From positions 5,816,050 through 5,880,049 of the forward strand of contig CM119269.1 in assembly GCA_051294375.1 (NCBI GenBank): a stretch of 64,000 nucleotides of DNA. The letters run 5' to 3'. The position numbers and the translations under genes are program-made. The number at the start of each line of letters is the position of its first letter. The first letter of the stretch is position 1. Below, piece after piece: positions 38,177 to 55,777 of the stretch. The notes below the pieces were generated by a model, which was not told the origin of the DNA, made no database searches, and worked only from the letters and a program-made list of their open reading frames with translations. Source of the stretch: Paraspadella gotoi (lineage: Eukaryota > Animalia > Chaetognatha).

Positions 38177-39458
38177 ATCCGCGGCGATGGGTGTTCGTCT
38201 TCGGAGTCGTCAGCTTCGTCGCCTTCGCCGTTGTCCTCAGGGGCGTTCGTCTTCGTTTCTGTCGTCGTCTTGGTCGTCGTCGTCCTCGTCTTCATCATCA
38301 TCGTCGTCTTCATATTCGTTGTCTTTGCATTGTCTCTTCTTAGTTTTCGTCATCGTCGTTGTCTTTGTCGTCGTCCTTGTCGTCGATGGTTGTTCGTCTT
38401 CGTCCCCTTCGTCGTCGTCGTCTTCGTCGTCGTCTTCAGTGGCGATGGGTGTTCGCCTTCGTCGTTCCTATCGTCCTCTTCTAATGGAGGATTTCCCAGG
38501 GCGCCAACTGCGTCGCGTCGAGAAACTCCGTGTTTTAATTGCGTCATAAAGCTGTTTCTCGCGGCTCCAGTGCGGCTCCGGCGCGGCTCCGGCGCGGCTC
38601 CGGCGACTTGTCACGCCGGCGAGACACTTTGTCACGCCGCGTAATTAAAGCCCTTTTGTCGTCTCGGCCGCCAAGACGACGTCGTTTCGCTGCATCGCTA
38701 TACTGAGTGATCCTAGCGGTCGAAGAAATTGAGACAATCTTTTTGTGCAAGAGGGAATTTTAAAATTGGTCTAACCATAATCGTTACGTTTGATTATTAT
38801 TTGAATTTATATATATTTATATATTTTGATTTTCTGCTCATAAGAATATTGCAGTTTTTCCGCGTCAAAATTTGCGGCATTTGAAATTATCTAATCATCA
38901 ATGTCTTTAAGGCTGAGCTTAAGTAGCAGATGGTAGAGACAAGAAATCATTGCAAGAGGTTGAGAGATATGTGGACTTTAGATTGTGAATTTGATGTGAT
39001 GACACGTTTCTTGAGCATTAAATTTAAAGTCAATCTGTACTAACCAACTATTGGTGGTTGGAGTCATGGTGAGAAACTGAGGCTTTGGAAAGAACAGGAA
39101 AAAAATTAATCTAATTAAACAAATGACTGATAAGAACAAAGAAAAATACCAGAAAGAACATTGAAAAAAAAAGAAACATAGAAATTCGGATCCGCCGCCA
39201 TTTAGTCGACAACCGCCATGAAAAAAAAATGAAGATGATGATGAGGATGATTAAATTTTAAGCGAATTCCTCATTAAAAACTCATCATTGAATTGGAAAT
39301 GCGTCCTCCTTTTCGGTCCACGCGATTCCATGCAAATATAATTTTCTATTTCCAAAGGATCGGGATCCACCAAATTTTTTTTTTTTTCCAAATTTTTTTT
39401 TGATTTTCGGTCTCTTTTTTTCTGACTTTCTGCTTCCCCTACTGATTAGAATTTCCTG

Positions 39459-39518
<60 letters not shown>

Positions 39519-40875
39519 TTCTTTTCCCACGTCTCGTTTCTCTCCCTTCCTTCCGTTCAGGGAATTAAAAACTCCCATAAAACCAGGAATTCAAAGACGC
39601 AGCGACGAGGGCGTGATTTCTTGTGATCTCTGTCATAGCCCGTGACGTCTCACACTTGATAAGGAAATTAGTACATAATGAAAATTTGATTCTTGTTCTT
39701 ACTAACCTTTTTTTTTAATTGCAAAAGCTTTTTTTTGTTTATCTATAGGTATTTTTCGTATAAAATCTGAAGATGCCCATCATACCGCGGAAGTTCCTAA
39801 ATTGAATAAAGTAAATTTATGGAAATTACGATTCAGAAAATTTACAACCAAAAATTTCTAATATATTTAAGAACAATTTTTTTGAGGAAAAAAATGGTGA
39901 AAAAAAAATTCTCATTCTTCATCTTGAAATTTTGTTTTGTTGAATTTGAATTTTAAGACTTAAGACCAAAGACGCGGAAAAACTCAGACTCACTCTCACC
40001 CAACGGCACTGTGGTACCGTGACATCCAAAAACTTTCCTCTCAACGTCACACGCGCAATTTTTGTGAGTGGCCCTGGGCGCGAAGCTAGAAACTAGGGTG
40101 AGGTCAAAAAGGTGTCAGGTGAGGAAAAGGGTTTGAAAAAACTATCATTAATGAATAATTATAATAATGTGCAAAAACCAATTCCCACTATTACTCGTTG
40201 CTTTCGTCTTCAACTCTATCTTGTTCGTCGCCACTCCCGGGAGACACCCCTGCAGTGTTGAATCAAACATTTTGATTTCTAAAAACGACGACGACGACGA
40301 CGACGACGATAGAGAACATTTTTTATCCGATGGGAAAAAAATTTTATAAGGAGATGGAAATGATTTAGTTCGCGGAGTCAAAATCGCATGAATTACAAAT
40401 CACAAAAACCATGAATCACTGAACAGAAGAAAGTAAATTAAATCATGTCGCCAAAATAATAAAGCACTATGTTAAAATAACAGATCGAAAATCAGTTGTA
40501 TGACGAATTACACCGAAAACGAAAACAAATAACAATCATACCATAATAAGTTTACATAGTTTCAAAAATTCAAAGAATATGCTCAACATTAGTATCGTCT
40601 ACATTTTTAAAAAAAATTAATTAGTATCTGGAAGATTAATAGCAGGCAAGTAGCAATTCATTCAAATCGAAAAAGATTTTCGTTTACTACTCTATACCAT
40701 CACTTCCGCCATGGAAGTCGTCGTTGCCATCACATTTTTCGGTAATGTCGAAATTGCCATCACTTCTGGCGTCGGCGTCTTGGTTGCCATCACTTTCTCC
40801 ATCAACGTCGAAATTGCCATCACTAACGTTCTCGTGGCGTCGCCATCGTCCTTGCCATTCCCGTCATTGTCTCTT

Positions 40876-40915
<40 letters not shown>

Positions 40916-43294
40916 GGAAGCCATCTCGAGATAAATGGATATAGTCGACGGATTCTGGCGGTGGTGGGGGTAACGTCGAAGGCGGCCGCTTTTGTGTATC
41001 TTAACAGAAAAATCCAACTCGGGGAAAATCCAGGGCGGAATCTGACCCTCGACGAACGGAATATAAACTGGCATCTGCTTTGAGGTCGGCGGCAGCGTCG
41101 GCAGCGGCGCCGCTGCGTCGGAGGAAGCGGCGTCTGCGCCGTCGGCTGCATCTGGCTCAAAGTCGACAAAAAAATGACGGAAAAAACGATAAAAAAATTC
41201 TTAGACATTCTTTGCTCGGAAACACAACCGCTAAGGCGGCCGCGACGACGACGACGATGGCAGCGACGATGACGACTTGAAAGATAAAGGCTTACAAAGG
41301 TTTAGATTGGATTACATGAATTTTTTTGTCTCTTCATTCTTAAGGCATATTTTAGCGAAACAGGAATACGAAAATGCCAAGTGCATTCGAATTCGGTTAT
41401 CAAGAGTAACATAAATTTATCAGCTTACTTTTTTTGCTATTGGTATCAATTTTTGTTTCTTGGCATATAATACTTTTCATGAGGTGCATTTAAAAGGCTA
41501 CGTCGACCGTAAAATAAGAACGCTCCGCCAGCCATCTGTCGCTCTATGCCATCTAGCTAAACCGACATAAGGCGACGAAACTACACAACAACAACGATGT
41601 ACCAACGACGACGACGACATCAGACAACATCGACCGACCGGCTCTTTTTCCAGCTTTTTGCTTCGCCTTTTTCGCTCCAGTTTACCTTAGGAGGCTTTCT
41701 CTTGTGTCTTTCAATGGCACAGCCCAAACATCATGAGCCTACACAAGGCATCCATGACACACATGGACGCTTTCAACTCAACCTGCTCTTCAAGACTCGC
41801 ATCTTCGTCGTCATCACGAATCGTCTCTTCTCAACTCCGTCCACCCCTCCTCCAGTTCGTGCGCCTTCTCATCAGTATGCACGGACAATTCCAACTCTCG
41901 CCGGTCGCACCAAGTTTATAGACGAGGTATCGCGCATCGGGTCGTTAATACTCGTCTGTGACAGAATCATGAGACGATCGGTCGGATCTCACTTACGAAA
42001 CTCTAGATTTTCTCTCATTCCTCTGCGAATCTCGTCCTTTACTCCATAACTTTAGGCGCGGCGAGTTCTATCTCTGTGTCACGGCAAGGGTATTCCGCGT
42101 TTTTTTTGCCTGAGAAAAGGATGAGTTTAGTCTCTTTGGTGCGGGTTTTGGTTGGCACCGAGGATTCTATGGGTGTCGCGTCACGTGGTCGACGTGCTGT
42201 GGACGGCGATACTTCGGCCTAGATCTGTTCTCGGTGTTTCCTCATCTCTCACGTCGATTATGCTGAATCCGTCTCCATCATCTCGATCAATCATCTCAGA
42301 CGCTTCTGCTCCTAGATGCACGATCTCTCATCTCATCTCGCTCCTCCAGTTCTCTCCTCCTCTCTCTTCACACTACTCTCTTATCTAATGGCGTGTTCTT
42401 TAAAACCTTTAAGAACTACTGGTATTTGATAAAGTCGGTCTCGATATGGTAACAATGATAAACACGAAGGTGTTTTCTGCTTTCGACGGCGCCGATCGTT
42501 TTAAACTTTTTCAGCGGCGTCGAGCTGCGGCGCGCGTCTGGAGGCAGCGCAGTCGCCGCGGCGTCGAGCTGAGTGGCAATTTAATTCATCTATTTTACTT
42601 TTTCTATTAGTGTTTAATCAAAAACATAATAAAACAATCGCAAAATTCTTCAAGGAACGCAAATTTAAATTCCAATACTTTAGATTCACAGAAATTGATC
42701 CGTGAGATGTCTATCTCGGAAGAATTCAGCGTTTCATATTAAGTTAAAATTCAGTGAGTGATTGTGAAACCGAACGCCGACGACGAACGACAACAACAAC
42801 AACAACAACAGAAACCTAATGCTTCTCTTCTTCCTTTGATATTCTGAACCAAATTTTTTGATGCGTTTATCGAGAGGAAAAAAAATATATAGAATGTGGC
42901 GTTGAATAATAGATTCTGTGTGGCGGCGGACACATTGAGTATTTTATTTGATGTGACATCTATGAAGTGACTCTGGTGTGTCGGAGGATATCAAACGCTG
43001 AAGGGTTAAATCCATAATAAAAACTATGATTTCGAAAGCATTAAGAAAATAAGAAACCACCTGTAGAAATACGAAAAAAAGTAAATGTTTGATGTTTAAT
43101 TTGACTAATAATTAAATTAAATTAGAAATATGAAACAGAAATCGCACCGCGAACAGATTACAGAAAACCAAGATGAAATTCCGCGTTTATCATGAAATCG
43201 TTTTGCTTTAATTTTTTTTGTAGAAGTATAATTTTTTCAAAAAGACAAAAAGAAGGAATTTGTGTTAGATTCTTTGAAATAGAAAAGGGAAATT

Positions 43295-43355
<61 letters not shown>

Positions 43356-43364
43356 AGAGAGGAT

Positions 43365-43395
<31 letters not shown>

Positions 43396-44461
43396 TAGAA
43401 TTTTCTCTCTCGCAGAGGGTGAGGGACCAAATCGTTATAGTTTTTTATGAATTTTCAAGTTCTCTCTCTCTCTCTCCCGTCTCTCTCGTCCTCTGATGAT
43501 TACTCCGCTCTCGCTCGCATCAACTCCACTTTAAGATCTCTACAAGAACATCCTTCGTCCAAACTCTCCTGACGCCGACCGGCGTACGAGCCCAATATCC
43601 ATAGATCAAGATGGTAAGACCGAGCGGACGCCCGGGAAATTCATGGCGTGCAGATTAAACTAGGGCGCTCCGCATGTACTCGCATGCGTAGAGGCATTTA
43701 AGCCGCTATCGGCCTCTGGACAAATGCGAAAATACGAGGCCTTTGACGTCCCACAAAATTCTATTCTTGGGCGGGTGGACGCCAGCGGCGAGTATGCTTT
43801 CCCTCTGGGGCCGTATGTTATCTTGCTTGAAGATGCCAGCTGAGATCCCGAGGAAGGACTCCCAGATCTGTGCGACGACGCAAGGTGAGAAAATCGGAGG
43901 CTCGTCGTCACCGATTCGAATCTCGAGAGAAGAACTGATGCAGAAGTTCTCATCGTGTTGAATGAAATAAAAAAAGGAAAGAAAGAAAGAAAGAAAGAAA
44001 GAAAAAGAAAGAAAAGAAGAAGAAAGAAAGAAAGAAAGAAAGAAAAAAATAAATAATAAAATAAATAAATAAATAAATAATTAAATAAATTAATAAATAA
44101 ATAAAATAAATAAATAAATAAAATATAAATACATTATAATATAATATATTATAATATATATATATATAATATTTATTTATTTTAATTATTTATATAAATC
44201 CAATTCTTTTTAAAGTCATTGGAAATAACCAAAAAAAAAGGTTCACCTATCCTTTGGAGTTAATTTGGCAATTTTAATTTACTTCTCTCTCTTCTCTCTC
44301 TCTGCACTCTGCATCCTCACTCTCACTCCTCACTCCTCACCTCCTCACTCCTCATCCTCACTCCTCTAACCACTGGAGGTTCTCCGTTGAGGCTCATTAA
44401 AGGCGAATTTATCGAGGCTCTCTCTTCTCTCTCGTCTCTCTCTCTCTCTCTCTCCTCTCTC

Positions 44462-44529
<68 letters not shown>

Positions 44530-45266
44530 CAGGATCTAATCCTTCTCGGCCAGCGACATCGTGCGGAGGCCGAATCTAATCAGCTGGCGGCCGAAATGAG
44601 ACAAAAGGAAATCGACGTCGACGACGATAAAACAAAAAAAATAAGAATAGCGACGAAAACTAGAAAATGTCATCATCCAAACAAAACGATAAATTGAGAG
44701 AGGAAGATGAATGAGAGAGAGAGAGAGAGAGAGAGAGAAGATGAGAGAGAGGAGAGAAGAGAAGAAGAGAGAGAGAGAGAGAGAGAGAGTGATTTCACAT
44801 CTGCGAATTTACAAGCGGCTTAAATCACGATAAATGGCGACGCGAGACAATGGAAGGCGTTGACCACCTAAAAGATTTCATTAAAGGATAACGACTAAAG
44901 ATAAAAGTCAGTTTGTCCATCTGTCTGCCGGTCTGAGTGTCTGACGTCCTGAAGTCACGCTCTTGTGTCTCATTCTTTCTTCGTTCCTTTTTTTACTCTC
45001 TTTGTCCGTCGTCTTTCCTGTCTTTCTCACATACACACTCTCTCTCTCTTTCTCTCAAACTCAAACTCTCTTTCTCTGCCACGTTTGCATATTTTCCTCT
45101 GTAAAATGATCCTTTTCGTTTTCTCTCGTTGGCGGGCGATCAGCACCCAAAGAACCATGTTTAGTGTGTCATTGACTTTACGACCTTTTTCGCCTGGCGA
45201 TTAATGGTGCCTAACTAACAGACATCCTCTCCTTTTATTTTCTTTCTTTGTTTCTTTGTTTGTTTC

Positions 45267-45302
<36 letters not shown>

Positions 45303-46598
45303 TAGTTTATTTATTTATTTATTTATTTATTTTTTTTATTTATTTATTTATTATTTATTTATTTATATTATTTATTTAATTTCCTTCTTTCTTTTCTTTC
45401 TCTTCTTTCTCTTTCTTTTCTTTACTTTCTCTCTTTTTTCTTTTTTTTTATTTTTTTTGTTCATGTCTTTCTTTCTGTTGTCAGTTTCTCCTTTTCTTAG
45501 CCAATTTTGTTTTCGTTTCTGCTGCAAATCATCTTTCGCCCCGCGTTCTCCTTCTCTCGTTCTCTCTTCGTCTCATCTCTCTCTCCGTCTCTCGCTCTCT
45601 CTCCTCTCTCCTCTCTCTTCTCTCGTCCTCCCTCTCTCTCTCTCTTTTCTCTACTAAAGGTCTTCAAGTTCCTCGGAGTCCATAATGGGAGAAATGGCCA
45701 ATAGGTAATGTTCGTATTCCTCCAAGATTCCAAAAAAAAAATGGCGTCTTTCTCAGGCAAACGTGATTCTCACTCTGACGCAAATCCTCTTCTCCCGCCC
45801 CCACCACCCCCCTAGTCGAAACTTCCCCGGATGTAACTTAATCTACTCGCATGTAACCGGATCTCAGCTGGAGGAGGAACATGAAAATAAACGAGAAAAA
45901 TCTCAGTAGATTCGAGACATTTAGTTTCCTCCTAAATAGCGTTCCTTTTTTCCCAAGCGGGCAACATTCTTCCAGCTATCCAGGTTTTAGCAGTCATGTC
46001 ATTGTCCTTGTCATTGTCCTTGTCATTGTCATTGTCATTGTCATTGTCATTGTCATTGTCATTGTCCAGCTGTCGGCTGCAATTCTATCCCAAGGAAGCA
46101 AATTACATCTTCTCCAACCAGTTGCTTCAATATCCATAATCACTAATCAGCCTTCTGTCCCATCCAGCAGCAGCATTTTCGCCCACCTCACCCCAGCATT
46201 TCTGCTTATCTTATCTTTTCTTCCCATTCAACAGCAGCTTATCTTACCCACCCAACCCCAGCCTCTCTTCTCCAGCCTTCCATTATTCATCGGATTCCCT
46301 CTGAAACGTCATCCGACGATTTCAAATAAAAATTTTCTCCGTCTCGTCTCCCATCCCTCGTGGAATCTCTCATCTCTTCCATCTCTCTCCTCTCTCACTC
46401 TCCTCTCTCTCTCTCTCCCCTCTCTCTCTCTCTCTCGCTCTACTCTCTCTCTCTCTCTGCTCTCTCTCCTCAACGAAATCGCTGGCGGATTTACGGTAAA
46501 AACCCGAATTTTACGAGATTTTTTCCCCTCGTCGCTAAACCGAAATCGTCTGCTTGTTTTTTTGAAAATGGGCGGCGACGAAGAGAGAGAGAAGAGGG

Positions 46599-46653
<55 letters not shown>

Positions 46654-47137
46654 AGAGAGAGAGAGAGAGAGAAGCCGTGAGAATTTCGATGCCATTAGCT
46701 TCCGAATGAAAAGTTATTAGTCAATAAGGAATAATGTCTCGTTTTCTTATTTGCGAATCAGAGATTTCTCGTTTTCCTCTTTTCTTACTTTCGTTTCCTC
46801 GACCATTTTTTTCAGAGTCATGATTTTGGCAGAAGATTTAGTAGTTGAGGGAGACAGAAGTCTCTGAAGATCAGTGCTTATTTAAAAATAAATATCATAT
46901 TACTTCCGGAAATAATTTGTTTTCTTTTATATTATTTGCATGTAAAGACCAAATCAAACTATTAACTAGTAGAATTACATAGAATCAGTATTTGGCCCAT
47001 TCGCTAATTTACCAAATGTCCCCATAGTAATAATAGTAATGCATAGGCTCATTATTTTCATTGCTATTGTTTCTCGAATACCGAATAATTCTCAGTCAAA
47101 AAATTTTCTTCTTGTCGTTCTCGATATCTGTGCTACG

Positions 47138-47422
47138 AATCTCCCATCTTTCATATTCACCAAATCACCACTTCGGTTATGAATCTCCCATCTTCCATAT
47201 TCACTAAATCACCACTTTGGTTATGAATCTCCCATTTTCCATATTCACCAAATCACCACCTCGGTTATGAATCTCCCATCTTCCATATTCACCAAATCAC
47301 CACTTCGGTTATGAATCTCCCATCTTCCATATTCACCAAATCACCACTTTGGTTATGAATCTCCCATCTTCTATATTCACCAAATCACCACTTCGGTTAT
47401 GAATCTCCAATTTTCCATATTC
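47138..47422. repeat. 44-bp minisatellite, about 6.5 copies
   Basis: Unit GAATCTCCCATCTTCCATATTCACCAAATCACCACTTCGGTTAT. Confidence 0.92.
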
Positions 47423-47568
47423 TCCGTCTCTCTGTTATGACCGCTGCTGCCGTCTTCATCCCACTCCATGAGGCTTCCCGCCCTTTTTATCTCTTTTTTA
47501 TTTCCTTCCATTCTCCATTCTCCCTCTTTTCTCTCCAGATTTTTTTTCTGGTCCCCCAAGCGGGGACT

Positions 47569-47619
<51 letters not shown>

Positions 47620-47774
47620 GGAATCTGCGATGACTCTTTTTTCTTAGTTCGTCGTTCGTTCGTTCGATCCCTCTGTCCGTACGTCTTGGTGCGTGTTTAT
47701 TCATCAACGAAGAACTCTCACCTTTTTTTTAGAAGAAACAATCAAACGCGTTAAAGTTTACAAACCCACACTTT

Positions 47775-48036
47775 AAATTTGAAAAACAACTTCATCGATA
47801 GGAAACCCTGATAGTGGGTTGTACGGGAGTTAATAAACTAAACTGTGAGAGAGTCTTGATTGAAAGCTCGCTGAATCCTTTTATGTTATAATCTTGTAAT
47901 AGGAATTACGGCCTTAATGCAACAAGATAGTTCATTCCTTTTTTTATGAAATTGGTGCAACCAATATGAAAATTTTCAATTCATTTTATAAAATAAAATA
48001 AACCTTTTTTTTATTAATTGGTTGTACCAATTTCGT
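47775..48036 (-). repeat. Dispersed repeat copy 2 (family of 853-1060) with an internal inverted repeat
   Basis: Homologous to 853-1060. TATGAAATTGGTGCAACCAAT (about 47945) is inverted against ATTGGTTGTACCAATTTCGTA (about 48016-48036). Confidence 0.65.
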
Positions 48037-49196
48037 ACCTATTGTACAGTTCACACAACGTAGTATATCCCTAACCAATTACGCGATTGACCGATCGAAC
48101 GTCGGGTTCGAAGTTTTAACCTCGACTTCCTAACTGCGAATCGACTCAAAACAGAAGAAAATCTTCGTTTCGGTCGAAACGTTGATTCGATTTCCGCCTC
48201 ATGGAACAAAACAAAACAAAGAAGCCCGTTTTGTTTTGACCATAATCAGCGCGCTCCCCGCGTTCGGCGAGTCCCGACAGAAGTGACCAATGTTTTGTAC
48301 AGGCGACGACGCGGCGACAGGCGGGCCAGGCGGACAGGCCGACAAAGCGACGAGTGGACAAGCCGATCCGCCCCCCCAGTCTCACGCGCCTTCTCTTTTC
48401 CTTCCTTCCTTTCTTCTTCGTCAACTTTTCCCTTCAACCGACATTAATGATTTTAAAAGTTTTTCACATTACAATTTTAGAAAATTTGACAATGAACAAA
48501 AATTTATCGAACGATTCCCCAGATTTAGGATAAAAAAATATTGGATTAATTCGTAATTAATAATTAATTAATACGCATCCCATCCAATTACAATTACCAT
48601 CAGACAAGGGGAATAAGGGGTTGTACGAGATATCATCGAATCCCTGAAATAAATTCTGTCTTCTTGAAAAAGGAGGGTCCATAAAAAACTTTGACGACAT
48701 ATAAATATGAAAGTTTTACTTGAAATTTTAATTTAGTTTTAATATCTTAAAGAAGTTAGAAATAAAGTTAGCTACCGATTAAAATAAAAATAAGAATTTT
48801 GCGTGAATGGTTCTTAATCAACTCACCTGAATCACAACGTAAAGAAAATTAGGGTCGACTTCTGTGTAGCGACAATTCGTTTAATTTTTTTTGTCCTTTG
48901 ATATATTTTTGAGCTGACGAATTTTTACGAGGATTTTAAAAAAAAATTTATTACATGCAGCTCCGAAAAAATCTTTTTAACTATTTATCTGTTTAACTAA
49001 ACTTTATGAAAAAGGCTTTTATTTTCTTGGTTCAATTTTTTTTTCTTATTCTTTTAATTTTGCTGTCGTCGTCTTTTTCTTTCAAATTCGCTTCGTAATG
49101 ATTTTTTTATTTCTTTCATCCGCCGCGACTTTATATCGTCAATCCTCTTTCCGTTACGTCTCAAAAAACCTCCCCCATCTCTTTATCAGAGGAAAG

Positions 49197-49274
<78 letters not shown>

Positions 49275-49726
49275 GAGAGAGAGAGAGAGAGAGGACATGA
49301 ATGTGGAAAGAAAAGCACATAACCGGAGCTCCGGCATCACCATAGACTACGAAGACACCATAGCTACCATGAATGTTGGAAAGAGAGAGAGAGAGAGATA
49401 GAGAGAGAGAAAGAGAGAGGGAGAGGGAGAGAGAGAACGGGAGAACCGTCCTGGAACTCGTTCCTTTTTCTCTCCATCTCACGATTCCTCGTCGTAGTCG
49501 TCGTCGTTGTCGTCGTCGTCTTCGTCGTCCTGTCGTCCGTCGTTCTTCGTGCGGCATTTCGACAAGAGCACGGGGCCGAAACGGGGGCTCTTGAAAGATC
49601 CTCACGGTTTCAATGGCGACGACGACGAAGACGACGACGACGACGCCGACGACGACGACGACGACGACGTAAACGACGTCCGCGATGGAAAAACCGGAAA
49701 AGGAGGCGCGTTTGGTGGAACTACGG

Positions 49727-49740
49727 GTTGCCATGGTAAC
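49727..49740. promoter_or_regulatory. RFX X-box motif
   Basis: GTTGCCATGGTAAC fits the X-box consensus GTNRCC-AT-RGYAAC and sits in a CpG-rich patch. Confidence 0.5.
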
Positions 49741-50148
49741 TGGATTCCGGAAGAGGGAGAGCGGGGATAAAGAAAATTCCGAAACGGGATCGAATGACGA
49801 GGATATATTTTCGTCGATGAGTTTGTGTGGGAGAGAAGGGTTATGTGTGAGTTGATGAGGTTTCTTTCGAGTTGTTTTTGGTTTTGATACTTGATACTTC
49901 TTTTTTTTCTATTTTGTCTCTTGAACTGACTTTAACTTTCTTTTTTAACTCTCTCATTATTAATTATTAAATTGAACACTTTACTGACAAATAGAAAAGG
50001 ATGCATATTAACTATTCGAAACTGGAAAGTTTCCATTGACTGAATAATTATAAAAGAACAAAATATGTAGAACCAATTAAAACAATGCTTTGAACTCCTC
50101 AGGAAATGTTTAACAAAACTTTTGAAAAACCTTTAAACGTTAATATAT

Positions 50149-50483
50149 AACAAAAAATGTAATTCTAATGTGTTGCGCTGCAGTAACATTCTTTCAAGTG
50201 TATTTCCAGTGATCATGTAACATACATTAAATTTTACGTCATGTGATCGTTTTTTAAAGTGATCACGTCACTAGACAAGTATGGTATATGTGCAAATATG
50301 CATATCAAAGGTTTTATGGTACCTCACTTTCATACCAAATATGAAGTAAATTGTAAATTGTAAATTGTAAATTTTAACATAAGTGGGACAAACCAACAAA
50401 TAAACTTACTGACCGACTGACCGACCGACCGACCGCCCATAACCCAAGAGTTGCTTTGCGAGTACTCGCGGCGTAACTAAAAA
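50149..50483 (-). mobile_element. DINE-1/HINE-like element, copy 4 (divergent subfamily)
   Basis: AATGTGTTGCGCTGCAGT, TAAGTGGGACA, (GACC)n and the hairpin AGTTGCTTTGCGAGTACTCGCGGCGTAACT. Confidence 0.6.
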
Positions 50484-50798
50484 GAGCTATGAATATCGAG
50501 ATTAAAAAAAAATATAAAATTGCTATCCTAGTTTCCGAGTTTCCCTCAAACCGAGGAAACAGAATTGAGTATCAAAAAAAAACAAACAATATAATTCTAT
50601 CTAATGACGCACCTGATTTTTCTTTTGTTTCTAAACTTTCTTTTTTAAATGTTGTTTTTTTGTTTCAACCCCTGTGCCAATTTGTAGCAAAGGAAACGTC
50701 GAAAACCCGAAAACCTGTCCTCGGATGATCCTTTGTTTCATTTCTCTCCTTCTGACAGTTTATTGCTTTTTCTCTCTGATTCTTTTTTCGGAGTTGAA

Positions 50799-50894
<96 letters not shown>

Positions 50895-51108
50895 TCTGCC
50901 ACTGCTCGGCTTTTTATTAGAACCAAGGTCTTCTTCATCCGATCCTCGTTCTCGGCTTCTAAATCCAGCCGCGAAAGATCGTCCCGCTGAGACAACAACT
51001 CGCGAAAGAGACAACCACAATTTTGTGTGTGTGTGTGTGGATGGACTCTCTTCGCTCCTTAGATAAATCTCGCGCATAATAGAAAATAAATATATTTTTT
51101 GATAAAAA

Positions 51109-55485
<4,377 letters not shown>

Positions 55486-55673
55486 AATCACATGAGTGAA
55501 TATGTTGTGAAACTCGATCAAAATTAAGTCGGTTAATACTTAATATGTTTTTTAATCACTAATTTCGACTCAGCTGGTCTGCAAAAACTATCCTACATTT
55601 GTTCTTTTTTATTTAGTTTTCATTCTTGGGTCTTGATATGTTATGTGTAATTTTTGTCATCAGGCGTTATTGT

Positions 55674-55777
55674 TGTGACCCGGTGGTTCATTGAGTAAAG
55701 CCATCAGCTCATGACAACTAGGTACCGGGTTCATGTTACGGATAGTAGCCTTCAGCCCACTTAGCGCCTTATCCACA
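55674..55777 (+). mobile_element. Short solo LTR of the tRNA-like TRIM family
   Basis: TG...CA ends and a 4-bp TSD TTGT (55670-55673 / 55778-55781). Shares CGGTGGTTCATTGAGTAAAGCC..CTAGGTACCGGGTTCA and TTCAGCCCACTTAGCGCCTTATCCACA with 11791-12503. Confidence 0.7.

Noticed and set aside
43640-43961. TGF-beta/BMP mature domain (YEAF...GEYAFPL)
   Set aside because: The cysteine-knot cysteines and spacing are absent in all three frames.
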